From: Deinococcus sp.
GTDB lineage: Bacteria > Deinococcota > Deinococci > Deinococcales > Deinococcaceae
NCBI GenBank assembly: GCA_965261005.1
Contig: OZ253375.1
Coordinates: forward strand, 2,368,001 to 2,432,000
Direction: 5' to 3'
Length of the DNA stretch: 64,000 bases
The translations under genes were made by a program, and so were the position numbers. The notes under the pieces are model-generated. The model saw nothing but the letters and a program-made list of their open reading frames with translations. It was not told the DNA's origin and did no database searches. Positions 23,324 through 31,488 of the stretch are shown here, piece after piece. How positions within the stretch are numbered: position 1 is the first letter of the stretch; the number at the start of each line of letters is the position of its first letter.

Positions 23324-23998
23324 ATGTCGGCCCCACATCTGTGGTTGCGCTCGTTGCGCCGCGCCCTCGGCCTCAGTCAGATTGAGGTTGAGGCGCGCAC
23401 GGCCGCGCTGGGAGAGGCTTGCCGGGTCTCGCAGTCGTACCTGTCCAAGTTGGAAGGCGGTTGCAAACCCTTGGCGTCGCTGCCCCCGCTCAAGTTGGAC
23501 GCGCTGCGGCGTTTGTACCAGGTCAGTCCCGGCGAGTGGGTGGCCCACACCGGCTTGCAGCTGGTGTTGGAGGCGAACGCGGGCGAGGTGGTGGGCAGCC
23601 TGGACTTCGTGCGGATGCCGGTGCGCGCCCTCGCGGCTGCCGGCTTTCCCCTCAGCGAGGACGGCTCAGACACCATTGACAACGAACTGGTTCCGCGCGA
23701 GGAGTTTAGGGGTGGCATGGTCGTGCTGGAGGTGCAGGGTGAGTCCATGACCACCCTGGAAGGTGGCCTGCGCTCGGGGGACCGCGTCTATGTGGACACC
23801 GCCGACTTGGAGCTGCGCGAAGGCAAAATCTACGTACTGCACGTCGGCGGCGGCGGCACGGTGGTCAAGCGCGTGCGTCACTTCGAGGACGGCTTTTGGC
23901 TGACCAGCGACAACCCCAACTTCGCTCCCATCCGGCCCGACCAAGCCACCGTGATCGGCCGGGTCTACTTTCACCAACCGCGCGGCCGCCGGCTGTGA
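23324..23998 (+). CDS. XRE-HTH plus S24 peptidase (CI/LexA-like) repressor
   Basis: LRSLRRALGLSQ..SQSYLSKLE.G HTH; Ala-Gly site (AAAGFP); Ser in GESM; Lys in VVKRV. Confidence 0.9.
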   Translation: MSAPHLWLRSLRRALGLSQIEVEARTAALGEACRVSQSYLSKLEGGCKPLASLPPLKLDALRRLYQVSPGEWVAHTGLQLVLEANAGEVVGSLDFVRMPVRALAAAGFPLSEDGSDTIDNELVPREEFRGGMVVLEVQGESMTTLEGGLRSGDRVYVDTADLELREGKIYVLHVGGGGTVVKRVRHFEDGFWLTSDNPNFAPIRPDQATVIGRVYFHQPRGRRL

Positions 23999-24038
23999 CG
24001 TGACAAGTTGATGTGGCAAGTTGATGTGATAAGCGCCC

Positions 24039-25736
24039 TCAGTTGAGGTTGATGACCACGCCCTTGATGTCCACCGGGCCGCCGCCGCCGTCAATTTTGA
24101 CGCCCATCTGGGCGCTCAACTCCAAGGTTTTCTGAGCCTGCACCTGCACGTCGCCCTGCGCCTGCACGCGCACGTCCTTTTGGGCCACAACGCGCGCGTC
24201 CCCCTTCACCTGAATGGTCACGCTGTCGGTCTTGCTGTCAATCTTGATGGTGTTGCCGTTCTTGTCCTGCACCAGGATGTGCGGCTCGCCCTCGCTGTCG
24301 TCTAGCACGACCACGTGGCCGCTGCGCGAGCGAATCACGCGCTGCTGCACTTTGCCCCCCTTTACCAGTTCGCCGGTTGGCTTGGTGGGCTTGTCCACGC
24401 CGTTCCACAGCCCGCCGATCACGTAGGGATGGTGAATGTCGCCCAGCTCGAAGCCGACCAGCACCTCGTCGTTGACCTCGGGCACGAACTGAAGGCCGCG
24501 CTCGGAGCCGCCGCCCACGCTGACCACCCGCGCCCAGTCACTTTCGTCCTGCTCGGTCAGCCAGGGGTACTTCAGCTTGACGCGCCCTTGGTTTTGTGGG
24601 TCGTCGTTGTTGGTCACGATGCCGATGGCGAGGCCGCGCTGGCGGTGGTCCTCGCCGCCGCCGGTGAGCGCGTGGGTCAGGTTGCCAGGCTGCTGGCCCG
24701 AAACCACGAACTCGGTGGAGTAGCCGCGGTCGGTATGGTAGCTGTGGGTGGCGCTCGACACGTAGTAGGTGCCCGCGAAGCGCGTCCCGACGCTTTCGAA
24801 GCGCACCGGCACGCCGGCGGTCAGCGCCGGGTTTCCGCCGCAGGTGCCGCTCGCCTCCAGCAGTCGCTCGCTTTGGCGGTTGAGTTCGGCTTGGGCGTAT
24901 TGCTCAGCCAAGTTTTGCTGACGAAACACCTGGGACGTGACGTGCAGATCGGCCTGCATGTGAAAGGCGCCCTCAGTGACGCTTTCGGGCGCGCGGCCTT
25001 CCCCTACGCTGGGCTTGCCCTCGGCGCGCCCCGGCTGCCCCACCACCGCCTGCTTTTTCTGGGGATCCCAACCGCGCACGGTGGTCTTGCCCGGCTGACC
25101 CAGGCTGCTCAGGCGTGGGGTGAACTCGCTCATGTTGGCGCCCCAGCGCAGCTCGATGGCCTGGTCCTCTCCTTTAGGAGGCAGGCAGCATAGCGTTTGG
25201 TCCTCGACGTACAGCAGGTAGCCGAGCTGCGCGGCGCGCGACTGCAAAAAGGACAGGTTGCTTTGGTTGTTCTGAAAAACGTAGTCATGCACGAAGCTGG
25301 CCGGCCCGGTTATGGCTTGTAGGCCAACCTCGCCCGCGATTTTGCGCACCAAGTCCATGTCGCTGACGTTGCGAAACGAGCGGGCGTGGGTGCCCCGTCC
25401 GAGCCGGTGCAGCCGGTCAAAGGCCCGCACCACGATGAACTGGTCGTGGCGCGAAAAGCGCGGCTCGACTTCCACGATCTCGCCCTCGAACAGCTTGCCG
25501 GTGTTGTCCTGAATCTGGGTGTGAATTTCCAACTTTCTGCCCAGGCTCAAGCTGTCGTCGTCAATCAGGGCGACTTCGGGATCACGAATGATCAGGGTCG
25601 CCAAGTCGGGAAGGTGCAGACTGCTCTCGACGTTCACCTCGCGCAACGCGCGCATGATGCTCAAGGGCGCGTCAGCGCCGTCGAACTTGAGCAGAAAGTG
25701 CGCGACGGCGCTGCGCGTGCTGTTGGCGGCCGTCAT
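24039..25736 (-). CDS. vgrG: CIS spike/hub protein, VgrG-like (Afp8-type)
   Basis: GIVTNNDDP...GRVKLKYPW...SDWARV and PEVNDEVLVGF..GD...PYVIGGLWNG, plus short beta-helix. Confidence 0.92.
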   Translation of the reverse strand: MTAANSTRSAVAHFLLKFDGADAPLSIMRALREVNVESSLHLPDLATLIIRDPEVALIDDDSLSLGRKLEIHTQIQDNTGKLFEGEIVEVEPRFSRHDQFIVVRAFDRLHRLGRGTHARSFRNVSDMDLVRKIAGEVGLQAITGPASFVHDYVFQNNQSNLSFLQSRAAQLGYLLYVEDQTLCCLPPKGEDQAIELRWGANMSEFTPRLSSLGQPGKTTVRGWDPQKKQAVVGQPGRAEGKPSVGEGRAPESVTEGAFHMQADLHVTSQVFRQQNLAEQYAQAELNRQSERLLEASGTCGGNPALTAGVPVRFESVGTRFAGTYYVSSATHSYHTDRGYSTEFVVSGQQPGNLTHALTGGGEDHRQRGLAIGIVTNNDDPQNQGRVKLKYPWLTEQDESDWARVVSVGGGSERGLQFVPEVNDEVLVGFELGDIHHPYVIGGLWNGVDKPTKPTGELVKGGKVQQRVIRSRSGHVVVLDDSEGEPHILVQDKNGNTIKIDSKTDSVTIQVKGDARVVAQKDVRVQAQGDVQVQAQKTLELSAQMGVKIDGGGGPVDIKGVVINLN

Positions 25737-26308
25737 GTGCCCCGGCTTCGGCGCGGGTCTTGGTTGCCGCCGCTTGCACCCCGGCGTAGTTGTTCGCTGA
25801 TTTGGGCCGTGGAGGTGCCAGCGGCCATCAAGGCCTTGTCCTCGGTCTGCTGCAAGTCCAACCTCACCGTCGCCCGCACTGGCATGCCGCTGGGTAAAAA
25901 CATGGTGAACTGCTGCTGCATGTTTTTCAAAATGGCCTTGAAGTACCAAGTCGATCCCCATTGAAACAGCACCTCGGGCGGCTTGCCCTTGTCCGTCTTG
26001 GGGTTTTTGGTGCGCTCATCGATCAGCATCAGCTTCCACAGCGCGTCGGTATGCACGCGCACGTCCTCGACGCCGCCCAAACCGCCTGTACGGTTCAGGT
26101 AGGTGTCGAAGAACAGTTCCAGGCTTAGGGTGGCTCCCTGACCGCCCGAGAAGTTCATTTCGCCGGCGTCCTGGGTGCTGTTGGACGCCGAGTCCCAGTT
26201 GGCCGTTTTGCTCAGGGTGTACTCTTTCGGGTTGAACATGAATTCGATGCGCCCGCCCGCCGGATTGATCGGGGTGATCGAGGCTTTGACCAATTGACCG
26301 CTTGTCAT
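25733..26308 (-). CDS. CIS tube initiator (Afp7-like) without a LysM domain
   Basis: FMFNPKEY, LELFFDT, PP.VLFQWG and FTMF.P.G.PVRA motifs. Confidence 0.85.
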   Translation of the reverse strand: MTSGQLVKASITPINPAGGRIEFMFNPKEYTLSKTANWDSASNSTQDAGEMNFSGGQGATLSLELFFDTYLNRTGGLGGVEDVRVHTDALWKLMLIDERTKNPKTDKGKPPEVLFQWGSTWYFKAILKNMQQQFTMFLPSGMPVRATVRLDLQQTEDKALMAAGTSTAQISEQLRRGASGGNQDPRRSRGT

Positions 26309-26354
26309 GTATTCCTCCCGTATTCCGAGCTATTCGAGCTGTTGGGCGCTCGGG

Positions 26355-29300
26355 TTATTGGCTGCATTCGGGCGGTGGCGGCGTGTTGGGACGCCAGCCG
26401 CACCAACGCTCCCGGTCCGAGCGCCTGCTGTACGGGCCGTAAAACGAGTTGAGGCTGTCGTCAAAGGACACCACAAAGGACACCACGTCGTCGGGCTTGT
26501 CCGGGAACAGCACCCTGGCGTTCATGGTGTAAGGGGTGCTGGAGCCGCGAATCAGCTTGCCCTTGACTTGGCCCTGCTCGCCGCCTCGGCTGTCGCTGAA
26601 GGTGCCGCTCACCTCGGAGCCGTTGATCTGCAAGTTGAGTTCGCCGAAGCTGTGCTTCCACACGCCCGCCAGCTTGGCCGAGGCCGGGTTTGGCTGAACG
26701 CTCGGAGGCGCCTTCGCTTGGGCTTCCGCCGCCACCTGTACGATTTTGGCAATCGCCTTGCCGTCGCCGTTGGTGGCCCGCAGCACGAAGGTGGTGTTGC
26801 GCTTGACTTGTACGGCGCGGCTGCCCTGCGGGTCCACCTTGCCGACCCCGCTCAGCGTGACGCTTTCAGCGTGCTCGACGTTCCAAGACAAGGTGACGTT
26901 GCTGTTTTTCGGCACGCTTTCGGCGCTGGCCTGAAACGAGGCGATCTCGGGCAGCCGCGCCGGTGGCGCGGCTGGAATAACCTCCGCCTTGATGTCCGGA
27001 GGTGGCGTGACCGAAAGCGGGCGCGCCGGCACGGCGGGTTGAGGCTTGGGTTCGGGCGGTTCCGCGGCGATCGCCGGCTTTGGCGCGGAGACGGCCGGCT
27101 TTGGTGTGGGCGCTTTTGCGGTGGGCGCTGGGGCGACCGGGACCTTGGCCTGAGCGGGTTTGGGCGCCGGCTTGACTTGCACGGGCTTGGGCGCCGTACG
27201 CACGTCCACGCTTTGCCGGGCGCTCACCTGACCTCCCTTGCCCGTCGCGACCAGCGTGAAGCTCATGTCGCGCGGCACGGCGACGCTCAGCGTGCCACGC
27301 GGCCCTACGGTGCGACCGAGCGGGCGGATGACGACTTGATCGGCGCCGAGGATCTTCCACTTGAGCGTCACCTTGCCGCCCTGAGCGATTTTGGCGGGAG
27401 CGGCGTTGAAATAGGAGACGGTGGGCGGCGCGGGCAAAACGGGTTTGGGGGCTGCCTGGGGAATAGGGAGCGCCACGGTTGGTGCGGGCGCCGGCAGCGG
27501 CGGCAGCACCACGACGCTCAGCGTGCGGGCGTCTTCCTTGCCTTGCGCGTTTTTGGCGCTCAGCGACAACGGCGCGGTCTGAGGGGGCGCGCTCAGCGTG
27601 ATCTCACCGCTTTGGGCCACGTTCTGCGTGCCTCCTGGCGTGACGAGTTGAACGCTGTCGGCGTCCCTCGTTTGCCAAGTCAGGGTGTATTGGTCGCCGG
27701 GCCGGACCTTGCGCGGCTGGACGTCGAAGCTCAGCACCTGCGGCGGTTTCGCCACCACGTTGACCGCCCCCGAACTGCTGACGCTGGTTTGGCCGTTGCC
27801 GGCCTGAAGCCGGTACACCGTGTTGGCCTGCGCCGTCACCTGCCGCTCGCCGCTGCTTTCCACCGTGCCGAGCGGGTCGATGTTGACATCGGTCGCCCCG
27901 GCCACCTTCCAGCGAATGACCACCGGTTGGCCCGGCTCGGCGTCGGCGGGGGTGACCTTGAACAACTGGATTTCCGGTGGAAGCAGCTTCACGGTGACGT
28001 TTTTGCTCACGCTCTCGCCGCCCGACTGTGCGCTCAAGCGAAAGTCGGTGTCGGCCGTCAGCTTTTGCTTCACCTCACCCCGCGCGTTGACCGTGCCGAA
28101 GGGTTCCAGCGTCACGTTCTTGACGTTGGCCACGTTCCAGCGCAAGGTGACCGTCTGGCCGACGGTGACGGCCGTCGGCGTCACCTCGAAGCGGCCGATC
28201 ACCGGGGCGGGCAGCTTGGGCGTGACGGTCAGGCTGCGCTGCACCTTTTTGAAGCGGCTGTAAGCGGTGAGCTTGAGCGTGGTCGGGTCGTTCACGCCCC
28301 CCGGCAAGGTGAACGATCCCTTGCCGCCGGGGCCGGCCGGCAGCAGCTTGCCCGGCGGATCGAGCCGCACCCGGTAGGCGCCGTGGGTGTCCCACGCGAC
28401 CGTGAAGGGCTGGCCCAAGCCCGGCGTGAGCGGCGTGACCTCGAAGTCCTCGATGCCCGGTGGGCGCATGGCCCAGGTGTAGCCGAGACCGCCCAGCAAC
28501 AGCAGCAGCGGAATCCACCACAAGGGAATCACCGGGTTTTGGCGCAGTTCCAGCGATAGCGGGCTGAGCCGCTCACGGTCGTTGGCGATTTGCAAAAACA
28601 AGCGGTGCTGCCGAACGGTGCCGATCCAGCGCACCGGCAGTCGCACCTTGATGGGTTCGTTGTGGCGTTGTCCCGGCGCGATGGTAACCCCATCCGAAAG
28701 GGCGGCCACCCGCACCTTGCCGAAGCCTTCGCGCAACTGGATCCAGTAAGCGTAGATGATGGCGCGCCAAGGAATCAGCTGCGATAAGTCGCCGTTTTGC
28801 GGAATGCGCGACATGCTCAGCGGCGACTGAAGCCGCACGGCGCCCTCATCGTCGCGAATGGTGGGCACGTAGGTCAGCGGCAAGTTGCCGCCGTTCAGAA
28901 TGCTCAGTTCGTACTTGGTGCGAAACCAGGCGCTGCGCTTTTTGGGCGCGACCTCGATCAGGCTGTCGGCGTAGGCGCCGAGGCGCCACGTCATGGTCGC
29001 GAAGCCCACCTCTTCGGGGTTTTCGCGCGAGCGGGCGATCACCCGCACTGGGTAGTCGCCGGCGTGCTGCTCCGTGCTTTTCGGCGCGAGCAGTTTGAGT
29101 GCCGTGTCGCCCCGGCTGCCGGGGTTCAGCTGCACCTCGTGAAAGGCGTTGTGCACCCACTCGGGCGGCACCCCCTCGACCGAGAGCATGAAGTGATCCA
29201 CCGTTTTGCCGGTGTTGGCGAGGTGGACTGGCAAGCTGAGGGTCTTGCCGGGCACCAGTTCGAGCACGTCCTGATCCACCGACACGCCGATGCGCGCCGG

Positions 29301-30560
29301 CGGCGGCGCTTTGTGCGGCGCGGTCAAGATCAGCCAATACGGCTCCACGTGCAGCGCGCTGCCGTATGGCCAAGGCACACGCTTCATGGGCGGCAGCTTG
29401 AGCCGGTCAAGGGCGCTGCCGTTGGTAGAGCTGAGGTCGGTGACCAGCACCTGGTCACCCTCCGACTCGATATTGAGATGGTGCCTGGACACGCCGGCGT
29501 GATTGAGCACGACGTCGTTTTTGGGCGCTCGCCCCACCGTGATGACCGCCTCCCTGAGGGGTTCCACCCGCAGCACTTGACCCTCGCGGTCGAGAATCAG
29601 CAGTCGCGGCTCGGGAGAGCGGTCCCTGGGCAGCTCGAAGTTGGGCGGCGGCGTCAGCGGCAAGTCGGGCAGCACCACGGTTGGGTTCGGCCCCTGCGGC
29701 ATCAGGCGGTTCATCGCTCCCTGAAGGGCGTTTTCCAAATCGCCGGCGCTGGCGTAGCGGTACTCGGGCGCCTTGGCGAGGCAGGTCAGCACGATTTCTT
29801 CGAGGTCTTCAGGAATGTCGCGCCGAATCTGGCCGGGCGGAATGGGGGCCACGTGCTGATGCTTTTGCAGGGCGTCGGCGAGGTCGCGCGTTTCAAAGGG
29901 AACCATGCCGGTCAGCATTTCGTAGAGCATCACGCCCAGCGCGTAAATATCGCTGCGGCGCTCACCGCGCACGCCGCGGCACTGCTCGGGCGCCATGTAA
30001 GCCGGCGTGGTCGTGATCAGCCGGTCGTGTGTGCCGTAAGTGTAGGCGCGCAGCTCACCCACACCAAAATCACTGACCTGCGCGGTGTAGGCGGCTTTGC
30101 CGAGCAGCTCGCGTGCCGGCCGAAGCAACACGTTTTCGGGCTTGAGGTCGCCGTGCATCAGGTCCGCGCTGTGGGCATAGGCCAAGGCCGCCGCCGTTTG
30201 CCGCGCCAAATCAACCGTGAGCAGAAGATCCAAGTATTGGCCACCCTGGGCCGCGCTTTGCAACAATTGGCGCGTCGAGCCGCTTTGCGCGAGGGTCATG
30301 GTGGCGTAGGCGCGCTGCTCACTTTCTATGTACTCGCCCAACTCAAGGATGTTGGGATGCTTGAGGCGCCTGACCTTTTCAAACAGGCGCCCATATTGAG
30401 CGAGCAGTTGCGGCTGGGCAAGGTGTTCGGGCGCGAGCACACGCAACGCGAGCGTTTCGCCGGCGTCGAGGTCTTGGGCGGCGTACACCTCACCCAGCCA
30501 GCCCAGCCCGAGCGGCCGCAACAGCCGGAAGCCTTGGTACACGGCGCCTTGGTTGATCAT
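26355..30560 (-). CDS. Membrane protein: Hanks-type (pseudo)kinase + FHA + cytoplasmic Ig-like region + TM + six extracellular Ig-like repeats + C-terminal beta domain
   Basis: GLGWLG, HGDLKPEN, DFG, YMAPE, DIYALG; FHA GR..VSRHH..STNG; TM LWWIPLLLLLGGLGY; repeated P.I..F...P.....G..VTL.W units. Confidence 0.88.
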   Translation of the reverse strand: MINQGAVYQGFRLLRPLGLGWLGEVYAAQDLDAGETLALRVLAPEHLAQPQLLAQYGRLFEKVRRLKHPNILELGEYIESEQRAYATMTLAQSGSTRQLLQSAAQGGQYLDLLLTVDLARQTAAALAYAHSADLMHGDLKPENVLLRPARELLGKAAYTAQVSDFGVGELRAYTYGTHDRLITTTPAYMAPEQCRGVRGERRSDIYALGVMLYEMLTGMVPFETRDLADALQKHQHVAPIPPGQIRRDIPEDLEEIVLTCLAKAPEYRYASAGDLENALQGAMNRLMPQGPNPTVVLPDLPLTPPPNFELPRDRSPEPRLLILDREGQVLRVEPLREAVITVGRAPKNDVVLNHAGVSRHHLNIESEGDQVLVTDLSSTNGSALDRLKLPPMKRVPWPYGSALHVEPYWLILTAPHKAPPPARIGVSVDQDVLELVPGKTLSLPVHLANTGKTVDHFMLSVEGVPPEWVHNAFHEVQLNPGSRGDTALKLLAPKSTEQHAGDYPVRVIARSRENPEEVGFATMTWRLGAYADSLIEVAPKKRSAWFRTKYELSILNGGNLPLTYVPTIRDDEGAVRLQSPLSMSRIPQNGDLSQLIPWRAIIYAYWIQLREGFGKVRVAALSDGVTIAPGQRHNEPIKVRLPVRWIGTVRQHRLFLQIANDRERLSPLSLELRQNPVIPLWWIPLLLLLGGLGYTWAMRPPGIEDFEVTPLTPGLGQPFTVAWDTHGAYRVRLDPPGKLLPAGPGGKGSFTLPGGVNDPTTLKLTAYSRFKKVQRSLTVTPKLPAPVIGRFEVTPTAVTVGQTVTLRWNVANVKNVTLEPFGTVNARGEVKQKLTADTDFRLSAQSGGESVSKNVTVKLLPPEIQLFKVTPADAEPGQPVVIRWKVAGATDVNIDPLGTVESSGERQVTAQANTVYRLQAGNGQTSVSSSGAVNVVAKPPQVLSFDVQPRKVRPGDQYTLTWQTRDADSVQLVTPGGTQNVAQSGEITLSAPPQTAPLSLSAKNAQGKEDARTLSVVVLPPLPAPAPTVALPIPQAAPKPVLPAPPTVSYFNAAPAKIAQGGKVTLKWKILGADQVVIRPLGRTVGPRGTLSVAVPRDMSFTLVATGKGGQVSARQSVDVRTAPKPVQVKPAPKPAQAKVPVAPAPTAKAPTPKPAVSAPKPAIAAEPPEPKPQPAVPARPLSVTPPPDIKAEVIPAAPPARLPEIASFQASAESVPKNSNVTLSWNVEHAESVTLSGVGKVDPQGSRAVQVKRNTTFVLRATNGDGKAIAKIVQVAAEAQAKAPPSVQPNPASAKLAGVWKHSFGELNLQINGSEVSGTFSDSRGGEQGQVKGKLIRGSSTPYTMNARVLFPDKPDDVVSFVVSFDDSLNSFYGPYSRRSDRERWCGWRPNTPPPPECSQ

Positions 30561-30588
30561 GGCGCGCCGCCTCGCCGGTGAACGTTAT

Positions 30589-31488
30589 TCATATGTACCT
30601 CACTTCGTAGGCCACATGGGCGGGGACGTGCTGGTCCACCACAGCCTCGATGGCGCCCTTGGTCATGCCTTCCTCGTCCCCGGGCGGAATGGGCAGCACG
30701 ATCAGCAGATGGTGGGGCCGTGTGGGGTCCTCGACGACGTGGGGCGTTACGCCGCAGCACACCTCCAGCATGCGCATCAGGCCGTAGCGGGTGCCGCGCC
30801 AACGGTACAAGTTGACCGCCTCGGACAGCCACTCGCGCCGGCGCGACTCGGGCCAGTGGGGATCAACCGTGAGGCCGAGCCACTGCGCGAACCAACCCAG
30901 GAACGACTCCGGACACGTTGCTGGGTCGAAGTACAGCTCCAGAAAATCCTGTCGGCGTTGCAACGGCTCCCACACCTGCTCGAAAATCGAGAGGTAGCGT
31001 CCTACAAAGTCCGATTCGGAAAAGAGGGCGGGTAGGTAATTGAGGTAAGCGCTGATGGCTTGGGGCGGCCCCATGTCCGGCGCCAGCTTGGCGCGCGGCG
31101 GCCGGGGCGGCGCGAAGCGCACGTTTTCCAGCGATTCGGACGTCAGGGCGTCGGCGCCGAGGGCGGGCGCGCTTCCGCGCTCGGCGTGCAGGTAGGTGAC
31201 CACGTATGGCCCGATTTGCGCCGCCACGCCGGCCTCAAAGATCTGCGGCTGGTGTGGCGCGAGGCGCTTGCCGCCCACGAACGTTTCTCCTGCGCCGAGG
31301 TCGGTAATTACGATCTGCTCGCCCGTCCGGCGCACTTCGGCGTGGCGAATGGCCACCGCGGGGTGCGGCAGCGCGAGGCCGTTGTCTGGGGTGCGCCCGA
31401 TGGACAGCAAGCTCATGTCCAGCGCCAGCAGCTTGACCGTCTCGCCGGCGAGCTGCACGAACAATTGGCCGGCCGTGTCCGCCTTCAC
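30589..31488 (-). CDS. FHA domain fused to a phage tail-I (P2 gpI-like) baseplate wedge domain
   Basis: N-terminal IGRTPDN...RHAEV; C-terminal YLPALF, FDPATCP..FL.W.A.WLG, LYRWRGT..GL and PAHV. Confidence 0.85.
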   Translation of the reverse strand: MKADTAGQLFVQLAGETVKLLALDMSLLSIGRTPDNGLALPHPAVAIRHAEVRRTGEQIVITDLGAGETFVGGKRLAPHQPQIFEAGVAAQIGPYVVTYLHAERGSAPALGADALTSESLENVRFAPPRPPRAKLAPDMGPPQAISAYLNYLPALFSESDFVGRYLSIFEQVWEPLQRRQDFLELYFDPATCPESFLGWFAQWLGLTVDPHWPESRRREWLSEAVNLYRWRGTRYGLMRMLEVCCGVTPHVVEDPTRPHHLLIVLPIPPGDEEGMTKGAIEAVVDQHVPAHVAYEVRYI

